From the NCBI GenBank assembly GCA_030390025.1, contig CM059425.1, forward strand, positions 173,602,001-173,666,000: a stretch of DNA of 64,000 nt, read 5' to 3'. This DNA comes from Squalus acanthias (Eukaryota). Below are positions 34,390-47,489 of the stretch, in pieces (position 1 is the stretch's first letter; every line of letters begins with the position of its first letter). Below the pieces are notes generated by a model. That model was not told the DNA's origin. It did no database searches and saw only the letters and a list, made by a program, of their open reading frames with translations. Made by a program: the position numbers and the translations under genes.

Positions 34390-37300
34390 AAAAGAACATA
34401 AGAAGTAGGAGCAGGAGTAGGCCATATGGTCCCTCGGGCCTGCTCCGCCATTCAATAGGATCATGGCTGATCCGAACCTAGACTCACCTCCACTTCCCTG
34501 CCCGCTCCCCATAACCCTTAATTCCCTTATCAGCTAGGAAACTGTCTATCTCCGTTTTAAATTTATTTAATGTCGCAGCTTCCACAGCTCTCTGAGGTAG
34601 CAAATTCCATAGATTTACTACCCTCTGAGTGAAGAAGTTTCTCCTCATCTCAGTTTTGAAATGGCAGCCCCTTATTCTAAGATTATGCCCCCTAGTTCTA
34701 GTCTCACCCATCAGTGGAAACATCCTCCCCGCCTCCACCCGATCAAGCCCCCTCACAATCTTATATGTTTCGATAAGATCGCCTCTCATTCTTCTGAATT
34801 CCAATGAGTAGAGGCCCAACCTACTCAACCTTTCCTCATAAGTCAACCCCCTCATCTCTGGAATCAACTGAGTGAACCTTCTCTGAACTGCCTCGAGAGC
34901 AAGTATATCTTTTCTTAAATATGGAAACCAAAACTGTACGCAGTATTCCAGGTGTGGCCTCACCAGTACCTTGTATAACTGAAGCAAGACTTCCCTGCTT
35001 TTATACTCCATCCCCCTTGCAATAAAAGCCAAGATTCCATTGGCCTTCCTGATCACCTGCTGTACCTGCATACTAACCTTCTGTGTTTCATGCACCAGGA
35101 CCCCCAGATCCCTTTGTACTGTAGCACTTTGCAGTTTCTTTCCATTTAGATAATAACTTGCTCTTTGATTTTTTTCTGCCAAAGTGCATAACCTCACACT
35201 TTCCAACATTATATTCCATCTGCCAAATTTCCACCCACTCACTTAGCCTGTCTTGTCCTTTTGCAGGTTTTTTATGTCCTCCTCACTCACTGCTTTTCCT
35301 CCCATCTTTGTATCGTCAGCAAACTTGGATACGTTGCACTTGGTCCCCTCCTCCAAATCGTTAATATAGATTGTAAAGAGTTGGGGTCCCAGCACTGACC
35401 CTTGCAGAACACCACTAGTTACTGATTGCCAACCCGAGAATGAACCATTTATCCCAACTCTCTGTTTTCTGTTAGATAGCCAATCTTCCACCCATGCCAG
35501 TATATTACCCCCAATCCCGTGATTTTTTATCTTGTGCAGTAATCTTTTGTGTGGCACCTTATCAAATGCCTTTTGGAAGTCCAAATACACCACATCCACT
35601 GGTTCCCCTTTATCCACCCTGTTTGTTACGTCCTCAAAGAATTCGAGCAAATTTGTCAAGCATGATTTCCCCTTCATAAAACCATGCTGACTCTGCCCGA
35701 TTAAATTATGCTTATCCAAATGTCCTGTTACTACTTCCTTAATAATGGACTCCAACATTTTACCAACCACAGATGTTAGGCTAACTGGTCTATAGTTTCC
35801 AGCCTTTTGTCTACCTCTCTTTTTAAATAAGGGCATTACATTAGCAGTTTTCCAATCTGCTGAGACCTTTCCCGAATCCAGGGAGTTTTGGAAAATTACC
35901 ACCAATGCATCCGCAATCCCTACCGCTGCTTCTCTCAGGACCCGAGGATGTAAGCCATCAGGTCCAGGGGATTTATCCGCCTTAAGTCCCATTATCTTAC
36001 TGAGTACCATCTCCTTAGTGATTTTAATCGTGTTTAGCTCCTCCCCCCCCTATAGCCCCCCCGTTTGTCCAGTGTTGTGATATTTTTAGTATCCTCTACT
36101 GTAAAGACTGATACAAAATATTTGTTCAGCGTATTTGCCATCTCCGTGTTCCCCACTACTAATTTCCCGGTCTCGTCCTCTAAGGGACCAACATTCACTT
36201 TAGCCACCCTTTTTCTTTTTATATAACTGTAGAAACTCTTGCTATCTGTTTTTATATGTTTTGCTAGTTTACTTTCATAATCTATCTTCCCCTTCTTAAT
36301 TAATCTTTTATTCTTTGCTGGCTTTTAAATGCTTCCCAATCTTCTATCCTGCCACTAGATTTGGCTACTTTATAAGCCCTTGTTTTCAGTCGGATACTAT
36401 CCTTTATTACTTTACTTAGCCACGGATGGCTGTCTTTTCTTTTACACCCCTTTTTCCTCAGTGGAATATATTTTTCTTGAAAGTAGTGAAATACCTCCTT
36501 GAATGTACACCACTGCTCCTGTATCGTCTTACACCGTAATCTATTTTCCCAGTCCACTTTAGTCAACTCTGCTCTCATACCTTCATAGTCTCCTTTATTT
36601 AAGCTTAGTACGCTGGTTTGAGATCCAACTCTCTCACCCTCCAACTGAATTTGGAATTCAACCATGTTATGGTCACTCATTCCAAGGGGATCCTTTACTA
36701 GGACATTTTTTATTAATCCTGTCTCATTACACAGGACCAGATCTAAGATTGCCTGCCCCCTGGTTGGTTCAGTAACATACTGCTCAAGGAACGCGTCCCT
36801 AATGCACTCTATGAACTCTTCCTCAAGGCTGCCCTGCCCAATTTGATTTGTCCAGTCAATATGAAAGTTAAAATCTCCCATGATTATAGCTGTTCCCTTA
36901 TTACAAGCCCCAACTATTTCCTGATTTATACTCCGACCAATAGAGTTACAACTGTCAGGAGGCCTATAGACTACGCCCACTAGTGACTTTTTCCCCTTAT
37001 TATTCCTTATCTCCACCTAACCTGTTTCACTATCCTGATCCTTTGACCCAATATCATTTCTCACTATTGCAGTGATTCCATCCTTTATTAACATAGCCAC
37101 CCCACCTCCCTTTCCTTCCTGTCTGTCCTTCCTAATAGTCAAATACCCCTGGATGTTTAGTTCCCAGTCATGGTCACCTCGCAGCCATGTTTCTGTAATG
37201 GCCACCAGATCATACCCATGTGTAGTTATTTGTACCGTCAACTCGTCTATTTTGTTACGAATGCTGCATGCATTCAGATAAAGAACTTTTAAACATGTTT

Positions 37301-38808
37301 TGTGACAATTTATTCCTGCTTTTACCCCCTTTACTACTTTACCTTTATCTTTATATATTCTGTCCCTTCCTGACACGCTCTGGTTTTTAATTTCCCCACT
37401 GCTAATTTGCTCTATTGCCTTCTCCGCTGACATTTTTATTCTTCGCTCTCTTGAAACCTCCCCCCCACTAATTAGTTTAAAGCCCTCTTTACAGCCCTAG
37501 TTATTCGATTCGCCAGGATTCTAGTCCCAGCACTGGCCAAGTGAAGTCCGTCCCAACGGAACAGCTCTCTCCCGTCCCAGTACTGGTGCCAGTGTCCCAA
37601 GAAGCAAAACCCATTTCTCCCACACCAGTCTTTGAGCCACGCATTTAACTCTCTGATTTTATTTACCCTAGCCAAATTTGCTCGTGGCTCAGGTAGTAAT
37701 CCAGAGATTATTACCCTTGTGGTTCTGCTTTTTAATTTGGCCCCTAGCTGCTCATACTCCCTCAGCAGAACCTCTTTCCTTGTCCTATCTATGTCGTTGG
37801 TACCAACATGGACCACGGCAACTGGATCCTCACCCACCCACTCCAAGTTTCTCTCCAGCCCAGAGGAGATGTCCTTAACCCTGGCACCGGGCAGGCAACA
37901 CAACCTTTGGGACTCTCGCTCTCGGCTGCAAAGAACCCTATCTATCCCCCTTATGATACTATCCCCTACCACTACAACATTTCTTTTTACTCCCCCGCCA
38001 CTTGAATGGCCCCCCGTTCCACGGTGCTGTGGCCAGGTTGCTCATCCTCCCTGCAGTCCCTGCTCCCGTCCTCACAGGGAGTAAGAGCCTCGAACCTGTT
38101 GGACAAGAGCAAGGGCTGCGGCTCCTCCAACACTACCTCCTGGATCCCCGTACCTGCCTCACTCATAGTCACACCCTCCTGTCCCTGACCACGGACTACA
38201 TCTGAATTAGTTAATCTAATTGGTGTGACTACTTCCTGGAACACACAGTCCAGGTAACTCTCCCCCGCCCTGATGTGTTGCAGTGTTTGAAGCTCGGACT
38301 CCAGCTCATCAACACGGAGCCGGAGTTCCTCGAGCAGCCAACACTTGCTGCAAATGTGATCACCGTGAGCATCAATGGTGTCCACCAGCTCCCACATATT
38401 GCAGCAGTAACACATCACCTGCTCTCCCATTCTATGTAATTAATTAAATTTATTAATATTTATTAAATACCCTCTGCCCTGCCTGATGAATATCACACCT
38501 TAGAAACTATAAACCACAGAGTTTAAGTTTAAAAAGTGAGAAATAGTCACCAACCAATTACTTACCTGCTTTCTGGTGACTTCACACCTTGATTATTTTT
38601 TACCTCTCTCCCTCCCTCCGAGTTCGGAGACTGGTCCCGCCTTACCTGGTCTCTGGAGCCTTTTAAACCCTCTGCCGCCGCCTCGCCTCACGCAGGTCCG
38701 CCGCCGCACCAGGAAGCTGACAAAGATGGAAAAAGGAAGGAACACCTCCCTCCCCGCACTCCCTCACTCACCAAACTCGCAGCTTAACACTCTGTTCCAA
38801 TCTGCACT
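34390..38808 (-). mobile_element. Apparently full-length CR1 LINE (about 4.4 kb): 5'UTR, ORF1, frameshifted ORF2, 3' tail
   Basis: 5' end AGTGCAGATTGGAACAGAG; ORF1 38430-37472; ORF2 pieces 37433-34484; aagaacataagaag tail. Confidence 0.92.
37472..38430 (-). pseudogene. CR1 ORF1: Cys/His Zn-finger-like motif, coiled coil and SGNH/GDSL esterase; one frameshift near 37980
   Basis: CYCCNMW...HICSKC; LEELRLRVDELESELQTL; VGDSIIR, CLPGA, VHVGTND, WDGLHL. Confidence 0.85.
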
Positions 38809-40983
38809 TTTCAGGGTTAAATTCCATTTGCCACTGTTCTGCCCATCTAACCAACCTGTCTATATCGTCCTGTATCCTGAGGCTTCCCTCCTCGCTATTT
38901 ACCACTCCACCAATTTTCGTGTCATCTGCGAACTTACTGATCATACCTCCTACATTCATATCTAAATCATTAATGTACACTACAAACAGCAAAGGACCCA
39001 GCACCGATTCCTGCGGTACACCAATGGACACAGGCTTCTAGTCACAAAAACAACCTTCGACCATCACCCTCTGCCTCCTGCCACGAAGCCAATTTTGGAC
39101 CCAATGTGCCAAGTTGCCCTGCATCCCATGGGCTCTTACCTTCTTGACCAGTCTCCCATGCGGGACTTTGCCAAAAGCCTTACTGAAGTCCATGTAAACT
39201 ACATCAACTACACTACCCTCATCCACACACCTAGTCACCCCCTCTCAAAATTCAATCAGATTGGTTAGACATGATCTCCCCCTGACAAAGCCATGCTGAC
39301 TATCCTTGATTAATCCTTGCCTCTCCAAGTGGAGACTAATTCTGTCCCTCAGAATGTTTTCTAATAATTTCCCTACCACTGATGTTAGGCTCACTGGCCT
39401 ATAATTCCCTGGTTTATCCCTACTACGCTTCTTGAATAATGGTACTACATTAGCTGTTCTCCAGTCCTCTGGCACCTCCCCTGTGGCCAGAGAGGTTCTG
39501 AAAATTTGTGTCAGAGCCCCTGCAATCTCCTCCCTTGCCTCACACAGCAGCCTGGGATACATCTCGTCTGGGTCTGGGGATTTATCCACTTTTAAGCCCG
39601 CTCAAACCGCTAGTACCTCCTCCCTCTCAATACTAATTTATTCAAGTATATCACAATCCCCCTGCCTGATTTCTATGCCTACATCATCCTTCTCCATAGT
39701 GAGCACAGATGCAAAATATTCATTTAAAACCTCACCTACATCTTCTGGCTCTACACACAGATTGCCACTTTGGTCCCTAATGGGCCCTACTCTTTCCCTG
39801 GTTATCCTCTTGCCCTTAATATACTTATAAAACACCTTGGGATTTTCCTTTATTTTGCCCGCCAGTGTTTTTTCATGCCCCCTCTTCGCTCTCCTAATTT
39901 CTTTTTTAAGTACCCCCCTGCACTTTCTATACTTTTCTAGGGCTTCCACTGTTTTTAGTCCTTTGTATCTGCCAAAAGCCTCCCTTTTTTTCCTAATCCA
40001 TTCTTGTATATCCCTTGACATCCAGGGTTACCTGGGCTTGTTGGTCCCATCCTTGACCTTTACGGGAACATGTTGCCGTTGTACTCTCTTTCCTTTCTGA
40101 AAGACTCCCACTGCTCTGATGTGGATTTTCCTACAAGTAGCTGATCCCAGTCCACTTTGGCCAGATCCTGCCTTATCATATTAAAATCGGCATTCCCCCA
40201 ATTTAGAACCTTTATCTCCGGTCCATCTTTGTCCTTTTCCATGACTACCTTAAATCTCACCGAATTATGGTCACTGTCACCAAAATGCTCTCCTACTGAC
40301 ACTTCTATCACTTCCCTAGAATTAGGTCCAGTACCGCCCCCTCTCTTGTAGGACTTTCTACATGCTGGCTCAAAAAGCTCTCCTGGATGCACTTTAAGAA
40401 TTCCGCACCCTCTAAGCCTTTCACGCTCTGACTATCCCAGTTAATATTGGGGAAGTTGAAATCCCCTACTATTATTACCCTATTATTTCTACACTTCTCT
40501 GAGATTTGCCTACATATCTGTTCCTCTAGCTCCCCCTGACTGTTTGGGGGCCTATAGTACACTCCCAGCAAAGTGCTTGCCCCCTTTTTGTTTTTAAGTT
40601 CTACCCATATGGCCTCATTAGAGGAACCTGCTAAGATATCATCCCTCCTTACAGCAGTAATTGACTCCTTGATTAATATTGCGACACCCCCTCCTCTGTC
40701 TCGCCTGAAGATTCTATACCCCAGAATATTGAGCTGCCAGTCCTGCCCCTCCCTCAACCATGTCTCTGTGATGGCAACAATATCATACTTCCATGTATTC
40801 ATCAACACCTTCAATTCATCTGCCGTACTCGCAAGTTAACAGTAGTTTTAGAAAACTCCTATTATAATGTCTGTTTTATCAGGGAAACATCAAAGTACAC
40901 TCCTTGTAAATTACTTTGCACAGAATAGTTATTTGAACAATCCTTGTACGGGTACAACATTGTTTCATGTTTTACTTTTTAAG

Positions 40984-41159
40984 ATGGTTATCCAGTGATG
41001 GCTGCTGGGAGTCCTGTGGGTCATGTTGGACTATGGGATTTGGAGGAGAAGAAACTGATTGGTCAAATGAGGGAAACTCATACAACAGCGGTTTCAGGAC
41101 TAACATTTGTTCATGGAGAACCACTTCTCATTACCACTGGTGAAGACAATGCAATCCGG
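40984..41159 (+). CDS. WDR36: WDR36 coding exon (exon 8 equivalent), GYPVMAAGSPVGHVGLWDLEEKKLIGQMRETHTTAVSGLTFVHGEPLLITTGEDNAIR
   Basis: ttttaag|ATGG...ATCCGG|gtatga; 176 nt; WD40 repeat. Confidence 0.97.
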
Positions 41160-42519
41160 GTATGATGCAAGTGCTGTTAATGGCATCAGATTAGTGCATG
41201 TTTAGAATTTATTGTTTCCTAAGGAAACTGGGTTAAGAAAAATCTGTAAATAGGTAATACTACGGTGATGTTCTTGGTGTCTGTGCAATAATTACTGATA
41301 GTGCTGTTCACATTATGTGCTGTAGTGCTACTTTCTGTTAGTCACGTTAGTTGTTTGCAGGAGCTGCCAGTTTGTCATGGATTCTCTCCCAGAGGAAAAA
41401 AATGAAAATTACAATAAGCAAGCAACATTAAGGTTGTATTACAAAGAAAACTTGCTCAGGGCAGTGAAACTCTCTGGGGTTAAAATGACTGTTGTGGTTC
41501 ATGAAGCTCTCTCAACCATTCGGTGTTACTATCTTATAATGTACTGCAGATTGCAAGTTGTTATTTTTGAAATGTGATTCTGCAGACAGTCTCTCTGCTC
41601 CTGACTGCCTCTAACTCTGATAGACCTATCAGATGACCAATCATACTGACTCATGTCAAGTTAAATAAGGATTGCATTTTTAGATTGGCAGTTTTGTATT
41701 ATTAGTGGTATGCTTGTGCAGTATAGAACTATGATTGGACTAATAAGGCTACAGTTCTCAATACAGTGAGCTTCTGGTTTCAACCATGCTATTGGAGGAG
41801 GCACTGCGTGGAGCCCAGACAGTTTGTGAGAGAGAGTAAGGCACACACTGGTTTTGCATATCCTCTACTGCCTAGCTGTTGGCCTTTTATTTGTTAACTA
41901 GTCCACATAATTATGAGAGATCAATCAATCATGGTAAGACGATATGCTCCCAAGTAAAGTTCATTTATTCAAAGTATAATACCTTAAACAAGGTTAACTG
42001 CTTACAACCAAGCAAGCTTAGTCAGGGAAATAATAAATCCAAAGTTGTGTTATAATATGCTGCCTTAGAAACCCTAGTTGCTTACAAACTTCTTAAATGT
42101 TCATTTATGGCATACCTACCATGACATGATCACGCCTTGTTCACATGCAACCTGATGTACATTTTTCAGCTACAGTGTGCATGATACAATGGTCCTTTGA
42201 TATGGGTGAAGCTGTCCTTCAACCATCCTGTTATCCACTTTCCTACTTGCTAAAGTAAGCAAGTTCCTCTTTTTCCTTTTCCGAGGTCTCCATACCATTA
42301 ATTAAGTTTTTACAAGGTTACTAACAGGCAGTACCATGTATGGATGTTTTCAGGGCTCACCAAATGATAAGAATGGCAGGTGGTATCTACCTTTCTTCGT
42401 AAGGGCACCAGAATGATGATGATTCAAACAGAGTGGAATCTTCTGCCTGCATTTGTGTGCTGTTTCTTTTTACTTTATTGAGTCGGCATTCTACATTTTA
42501 ATCCATGTCATCTAACACA

Positions 42520-44870
42520 TTCACCACGATACTTCAGCCATTGCTTTGCTTAACCATTCCCTCACCTCCACCTTTGATGCCCTTGTCCCCAACAAAGCTT
42601 TACTCTCTCCCATCCTGGTCATTCTTCCTGCTGCTGTCCCCATATTCAGTCCCTCACTTCCAAGGGGTGTAGACTTGAGCATATTGGCACACAAATGGTT
42701 TATTCATTCATCACTAGACCTGGTTGGACCACATCAAGGGCCATCAGGCCTTATTCCCCTCTGCCATGCCCACCCACTGCTACAGGATCATCCTGGAGAG
42801 CAAAGATAACCCTAGGCATCTTTTCTCCACTACAAGCCTTCTGCTTAAACCCCTCTCCCTGCCCACTCCAGCATCACTTCCAACAGCAATTGTGAAGAGC
42901 TCATGGACTTTTTTGTCATTAAGATTGAGACCATCATTCAGTTACCTCTGCTATTTCTCCTTTCCCCTTGCTCACCAAGACAAACCTGCTTCTCTCTCTA
43001 GTTTTTCTCGTATCTACCCTCATGTGCTCACTGAGCTTGTCCTTCTCCCATGACCCCATTCCCATTAAACTGACTGCCCAACTTCCCTTTATGGCCCCCA
43101 TGCTAGCTGACATTGTAAATGGCTCCTTCTCCTCCGGTACTGTTCAACTCCCTTTCAAAACTGCCATCATCATCGATCTTTCTCAGAGTCCACTCTCAAC
43201 CCCTCTGTCTCTACAAACTGCTGCTTTATTGCCAATCCCCATTTCCTCTTCCTTGAATGTGTTATTTCCCCCCCCAAATCTTGCCAATCTTTCCTTGTTC
43301 GAATTTCTTCAGTCAGATTTCCACCACCACCACAGAATCGAAATAGCCTTAACCAAAGTCACAAATGGCATCTTCTGCGATTGTCACCACGCTGCATTGT
43401 CCCTCCTCAACCTCTCTGCAGCCTTTGACACGGTGGACAACAGCATCCTCGTCTAACACCATACTCCATTGTCCAGCTCGGTGGGACTGCCCTTGCTTGG
43501 TTCTAGTCTTGCCTATCTGATTATAGCCAGAATGTCTCAAACCATGCCCTCTTTTTCCAACTCTGTACCCCTGGAATCCCCTGGGGCGGGGGGGGGGGGT
43601 GGTTTGTTTCATGCTATCCTTTGGTGACATCATCTGCATGCATGGGGTCAGCTACCACGTGTATGCTGATGACATCCAGCTCGATCTGACCAACAACTTT
43701 CCTGGCCTTCCACTGCCTCTGTTTTGTCAGATTTTTTGTTCGATATGAGTCTCAATTTGCTCCCATTAAACATCGTAAAGACCGACAGAAGCCATCGTCT
43801 TCGGCTCCCAGCGCTAACTCTTGCACTCTTGCCACTGATTCAAAAACCCCATCCATGGACATTGTCCGAGGCTGAACCAGACTGTTAGCAATCTTCGTGT
43901 TCTATTAGAGTCATAGAGTTATACAGCACAGAAAGAGGCCCTTCGGCCTATCGTGTCCGCGCCAGCCATCAAGCCCTGTCTATTCTAATCCCATTTTCCA
44001 GCACTTGGTCCGTAGCCTTGTATGCTATGGTATTTCAAGTGCTCATCTAAATGCTTCTTGAATGTTGTGAGGGTTCCTGCCTCTACCACCCTTTTAGGCA
44101 GTGAGTTCCAGATTCCAACCACCCTCTGGGTGAAAATGTTTTTCCTCAAATCCCCTCGAAACCTCCTGCCCCTTACCTTGAAACTATGACTCCTGGTTAT
44201 TGACCCATTCTTGATTCCACTCTGAGCTTAACTTCTGACCCCATATCCTGTCCATCACAAAGACTGCCTACTTCCACCTCCGTAGCATCGCCTGCCTCTG
44301 CCTCAATGCATCTGCTGCTGAAATCCTCATTCATATTTCTATCACTGCCAGCCTTGACTATTCAAATGCTCCCCTGGTCTGCCTCCTATTTTCCACCCTC
44401 CATATACATTAGCTCATCTGAAGCTCTGCTGTCTGTATGCTATCCCGCTCACCCTTCACCATTGTCCTTCCTGACCTACATTGTATCACATTTAAAATTC
44501 TCAGCCTTGTGCATAAATCCCTTTATGGCCTCTGCTCTTCCTACCTCTGCAATCTGTCCCTGCTGTACACCCCACGCCTCTGGAACTCTATTCCTTTGAT
44601 GCTTCTTGTGCGCTCCTACTCCCTTTGCCCCACCATTGGCCTTCAATCTCCTTTGACCCGTGCTCGGGAATTGCCTTGCTAAACCTCGCTTCGCCACCTC
44701 CTTTTGAGACCCTCCTTAAAACCCAACTTTTTGACCTAGCTTCTGGTTACCCCATCTAACATCTAATTCTTTAGCTCAGCATCCATCTTTTTGATTATGC
44801 CTCTGTGAAGCACATGGGATGCTTTTCTACGTTAAATGCACTATATTAATGCAAGTAGTTTTTGTTCTAG
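42520..44870 (+). mobile_element. Old decayed L2 LINE
   Basis: LNLSAAFDTVD, gtatgctgatgacatccag (YADDIQ), L2 tail gcactatattaatgcaagt. Confidence 0.8.
43907..44206 (-). mobile_element. CR1 family A 3'-terminal 300 bp inserted in the L2
   Basis: Near-identical to 33606-33903. Confidence 0.9.
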
Positions 44871-45051
44871 CAGGCTAGTTTAAGGTTGCATTGATGAAGT
44901 CCTGAAAGGCGGTCTTCTGTCACATCTTTGCCCAGAATATGAAGGGACCTAAAGCAGGGCAAATTGTAAAAACAGTTTTGAAAAATGTAATTAACGTTTT
45001 GGTCTGAACACATTTTATCGATATCATCGTATTGATTTTTTTTTCGTTCGT

Positions 45052-47237
45052 GGGATGTGAGCTCTTATCTTGTGCAGTAGCCTTTTATGTGGCACCTTAT
45101 CGAATGCCTTTTGGAAATCCAAATACATTACATCTACTGGTTCCCCTTTATCCACCCTGCTCGTTACATCCTCAAAGAACCCTAATAAATTTGTCAAACA
45201 TGATTTCCCTTTCATAAAACCATGTTGACTCTGCTTGATTGTATTATGATTCTCTAAATGTCCTGCTACTATTTCCTTAATAATGGATTCCAGCATTTTC
45301 CCAATGACAGATGTTAGGCTAACTGGCCTATAGTTTCTTACTTTCTGTCTCCCTCCTTTCTTGAATAGGGGCGTTACATTTGCGGTTTTCTAATCCGCTG
45401 GGACCTTTCCACAATCTAGGAAATTTTGGAAGATTACAACCAATGCATCCACTATCTCTGCAGCCACTTCTTTTAAGACTAGGATGCAGGCCATCAGGTC
45501 CAGGGGACTTGTCAGCCTTTTGTCCCATTAGTTTGCCTAGTATTTTTTCTCTAGTGATAGTGATTGCTTTAAGTTCCTCCCTCCCTTTTGCCCCTTGATT
45601 TTCCACTATTATTGGGATGCTTTTAGTGTCTTCTACCGTGAAGACAGATACAAAATATTTGTTCAAAGTCTCTGCCAGTTCCTTGTTTCCCATTATTATT
45701 TCCCCAGTCTCATCCTCTAAGGGACCAACGTTTATTTAGCTACTCTCTTTCCTTTTTATATACTTGTAGAAGCTCTTACTGTCTGTTTTTATATTTCTTG
45801 CTAGTTTACTCTCTCAATCTATTTTCTCTCACTTTATTTTTTTTACTCGTCCTTTGCAAGTTGCTAAAAATTTCCCAATCTTCTGGCCTACCACTAATCT
45901 TCGCAACATTGTATGCCTTTTCTTTCAATTTAATACCCTCCTTAACTTCCTTAGTTAACCACGGATGGTTCATCCTTCTCGTAGAGTTTTCTTTCTCACT
46001 GGAATATATGTTTGTTGAGAGTTATGAAATATATCCTTAAAAAGTCTGCCACTGCTTATCTACCATCTTACCTTTTAATCTATTTTCCTAGTCCACTTTA
46101 GCCAACTCTGTCTTCGTACCCTTGTAATTGCCTTTATTTAAGTTTAAGACGCTAGTTTCAGACCGAAGTTTCTCACCCTCAAACTAAATGTGAAATTTTT
46201 TCATGTTATGATCACTCTTCTCTGAAGGATCCTTTACTATGAGATCATTCATTAATCCTGTCTCATTACACATTAGCAGATCTAAAATAGCCTGTTCCTG
46301 GTTGGTTCCACGACGTATTGTTCTAAGAAACTGTCCTCTATGAACTCGTCCTCAAGACTACCTTTGTCAATTTGATTTGTCCAATCTATATGAAGATTAA
46401 AATCGCCCACGATTATTGCAGTACCTTTCTTACAAGCCCCTGTTATTTCTTGATTTATACTCTGTCCTACAGTGTAGCTACTGTTAGGGGGCCTATAAAC
46501 TACTCCCACCAGTGACTTCTTTGCCTTGTTATTTCTTATCTCCACCCAAACTGATTCTACATCTTGATCTTCCGAGCCAAGATCATTTCTCACTTCTGTA
46601 CTGATCTCATCCTTTATTAACGGAGCTACCCCACCTCCTTTTCCTTTCTGCCTATCCTTCCGAAATGTCAAATACCCCTGAATATTCAGTTCCCAGCCTT
46701 GGTCACCTTGCAATCACGTCTCTGTAATGGCTATCAGATCATACCGTTTATGTCTATTTGTGCCGTTAGTTCATCTATCTTGTTACGAATGCTGCGTGCA
46801 TTCAGATAAACAGCCTTTAATTTTGTCTTTTTACCATTTTCCCTATTTGCTGGTGCACTCTTATGCTTGTACGCTCTGTCCCTTCCTGTCACACTCTGGT
46901 TATCATTACCCCTATCGCTACCCTGAACTATTGCCTTGTCCTTTCTCTTTAACTTTCTAAGTTTCCCCACACCTGAACCTCCCCCCCCCCCCCCCTGAAC
47001 TATTTTGTTTAAAGCCCTATCTACAGCCCTAGTTATTCGATTCGCCAGGACACTGGTCCCAGCACGGTTCAAGTGAAGCCCGTCCCAACGGAACAGCTCC
47101 CTCTTTCCCCAGAACAAGTGCCAGTGCCCCATGAATTGAAACCACACCAATCCTTGAGCCACGCATTCTGCTCTGATCTTATTGACCATATGCCAATTTG
47201 CTCGTGGCTCAGGTAGTAATCCAGAGATTATTACCTT
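45052..47237 (-). mobile_element. CR1 internal fragment (ORF1 end, APE, partial RT) truncated at both ends
   Basis: WDGLHLN, YLNARS, GDFN, YLDFQKAFDKV in ORFs 46734..47189, 46282..46713 and 45024..45296; no 3' tail. Confidence 0.88.
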
Positions 47238-47489
47238 ATCACATTCAGATCTTCAGTGGTTCATTGCAAATACCAAATTAAAGGAGAAAATGCCTGGAAT
47301 GATGTCACATTAGTCGGTTTTGTGTGGTGTTGCACATAGGAAGTAAAGCCAAAGTGTAGTCTTCAGGTGAAGCCAGGTCAGATAATTGGACCAAGGCATG
47401 CAGACGTAAGATTTTTAATAAGATAATGGTCAATCGCCTGTGGTATTGCACATGGTAAGTCAGAGACTGTTGCTTGTCTCTAATGTCTT

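Larger units (their letters stand above)
33604..40834 (-). mobile_element. CR1 family A copy (33604-34389 plus 38805-40834) split by a full-length CR1
   Basis: Near-identical reverse complement of 16491-16773 and 20154-21943; APE ORF 40308..40814 and RT fragments. Confidence 0.9.

Noticed and set aside
38482..38510. CTGATGA...GAAA hammerhead-like spacing in the CR1 5'UTR region
   Set aside because: The intervening bases do not form stem II and the flanking stems are absent.
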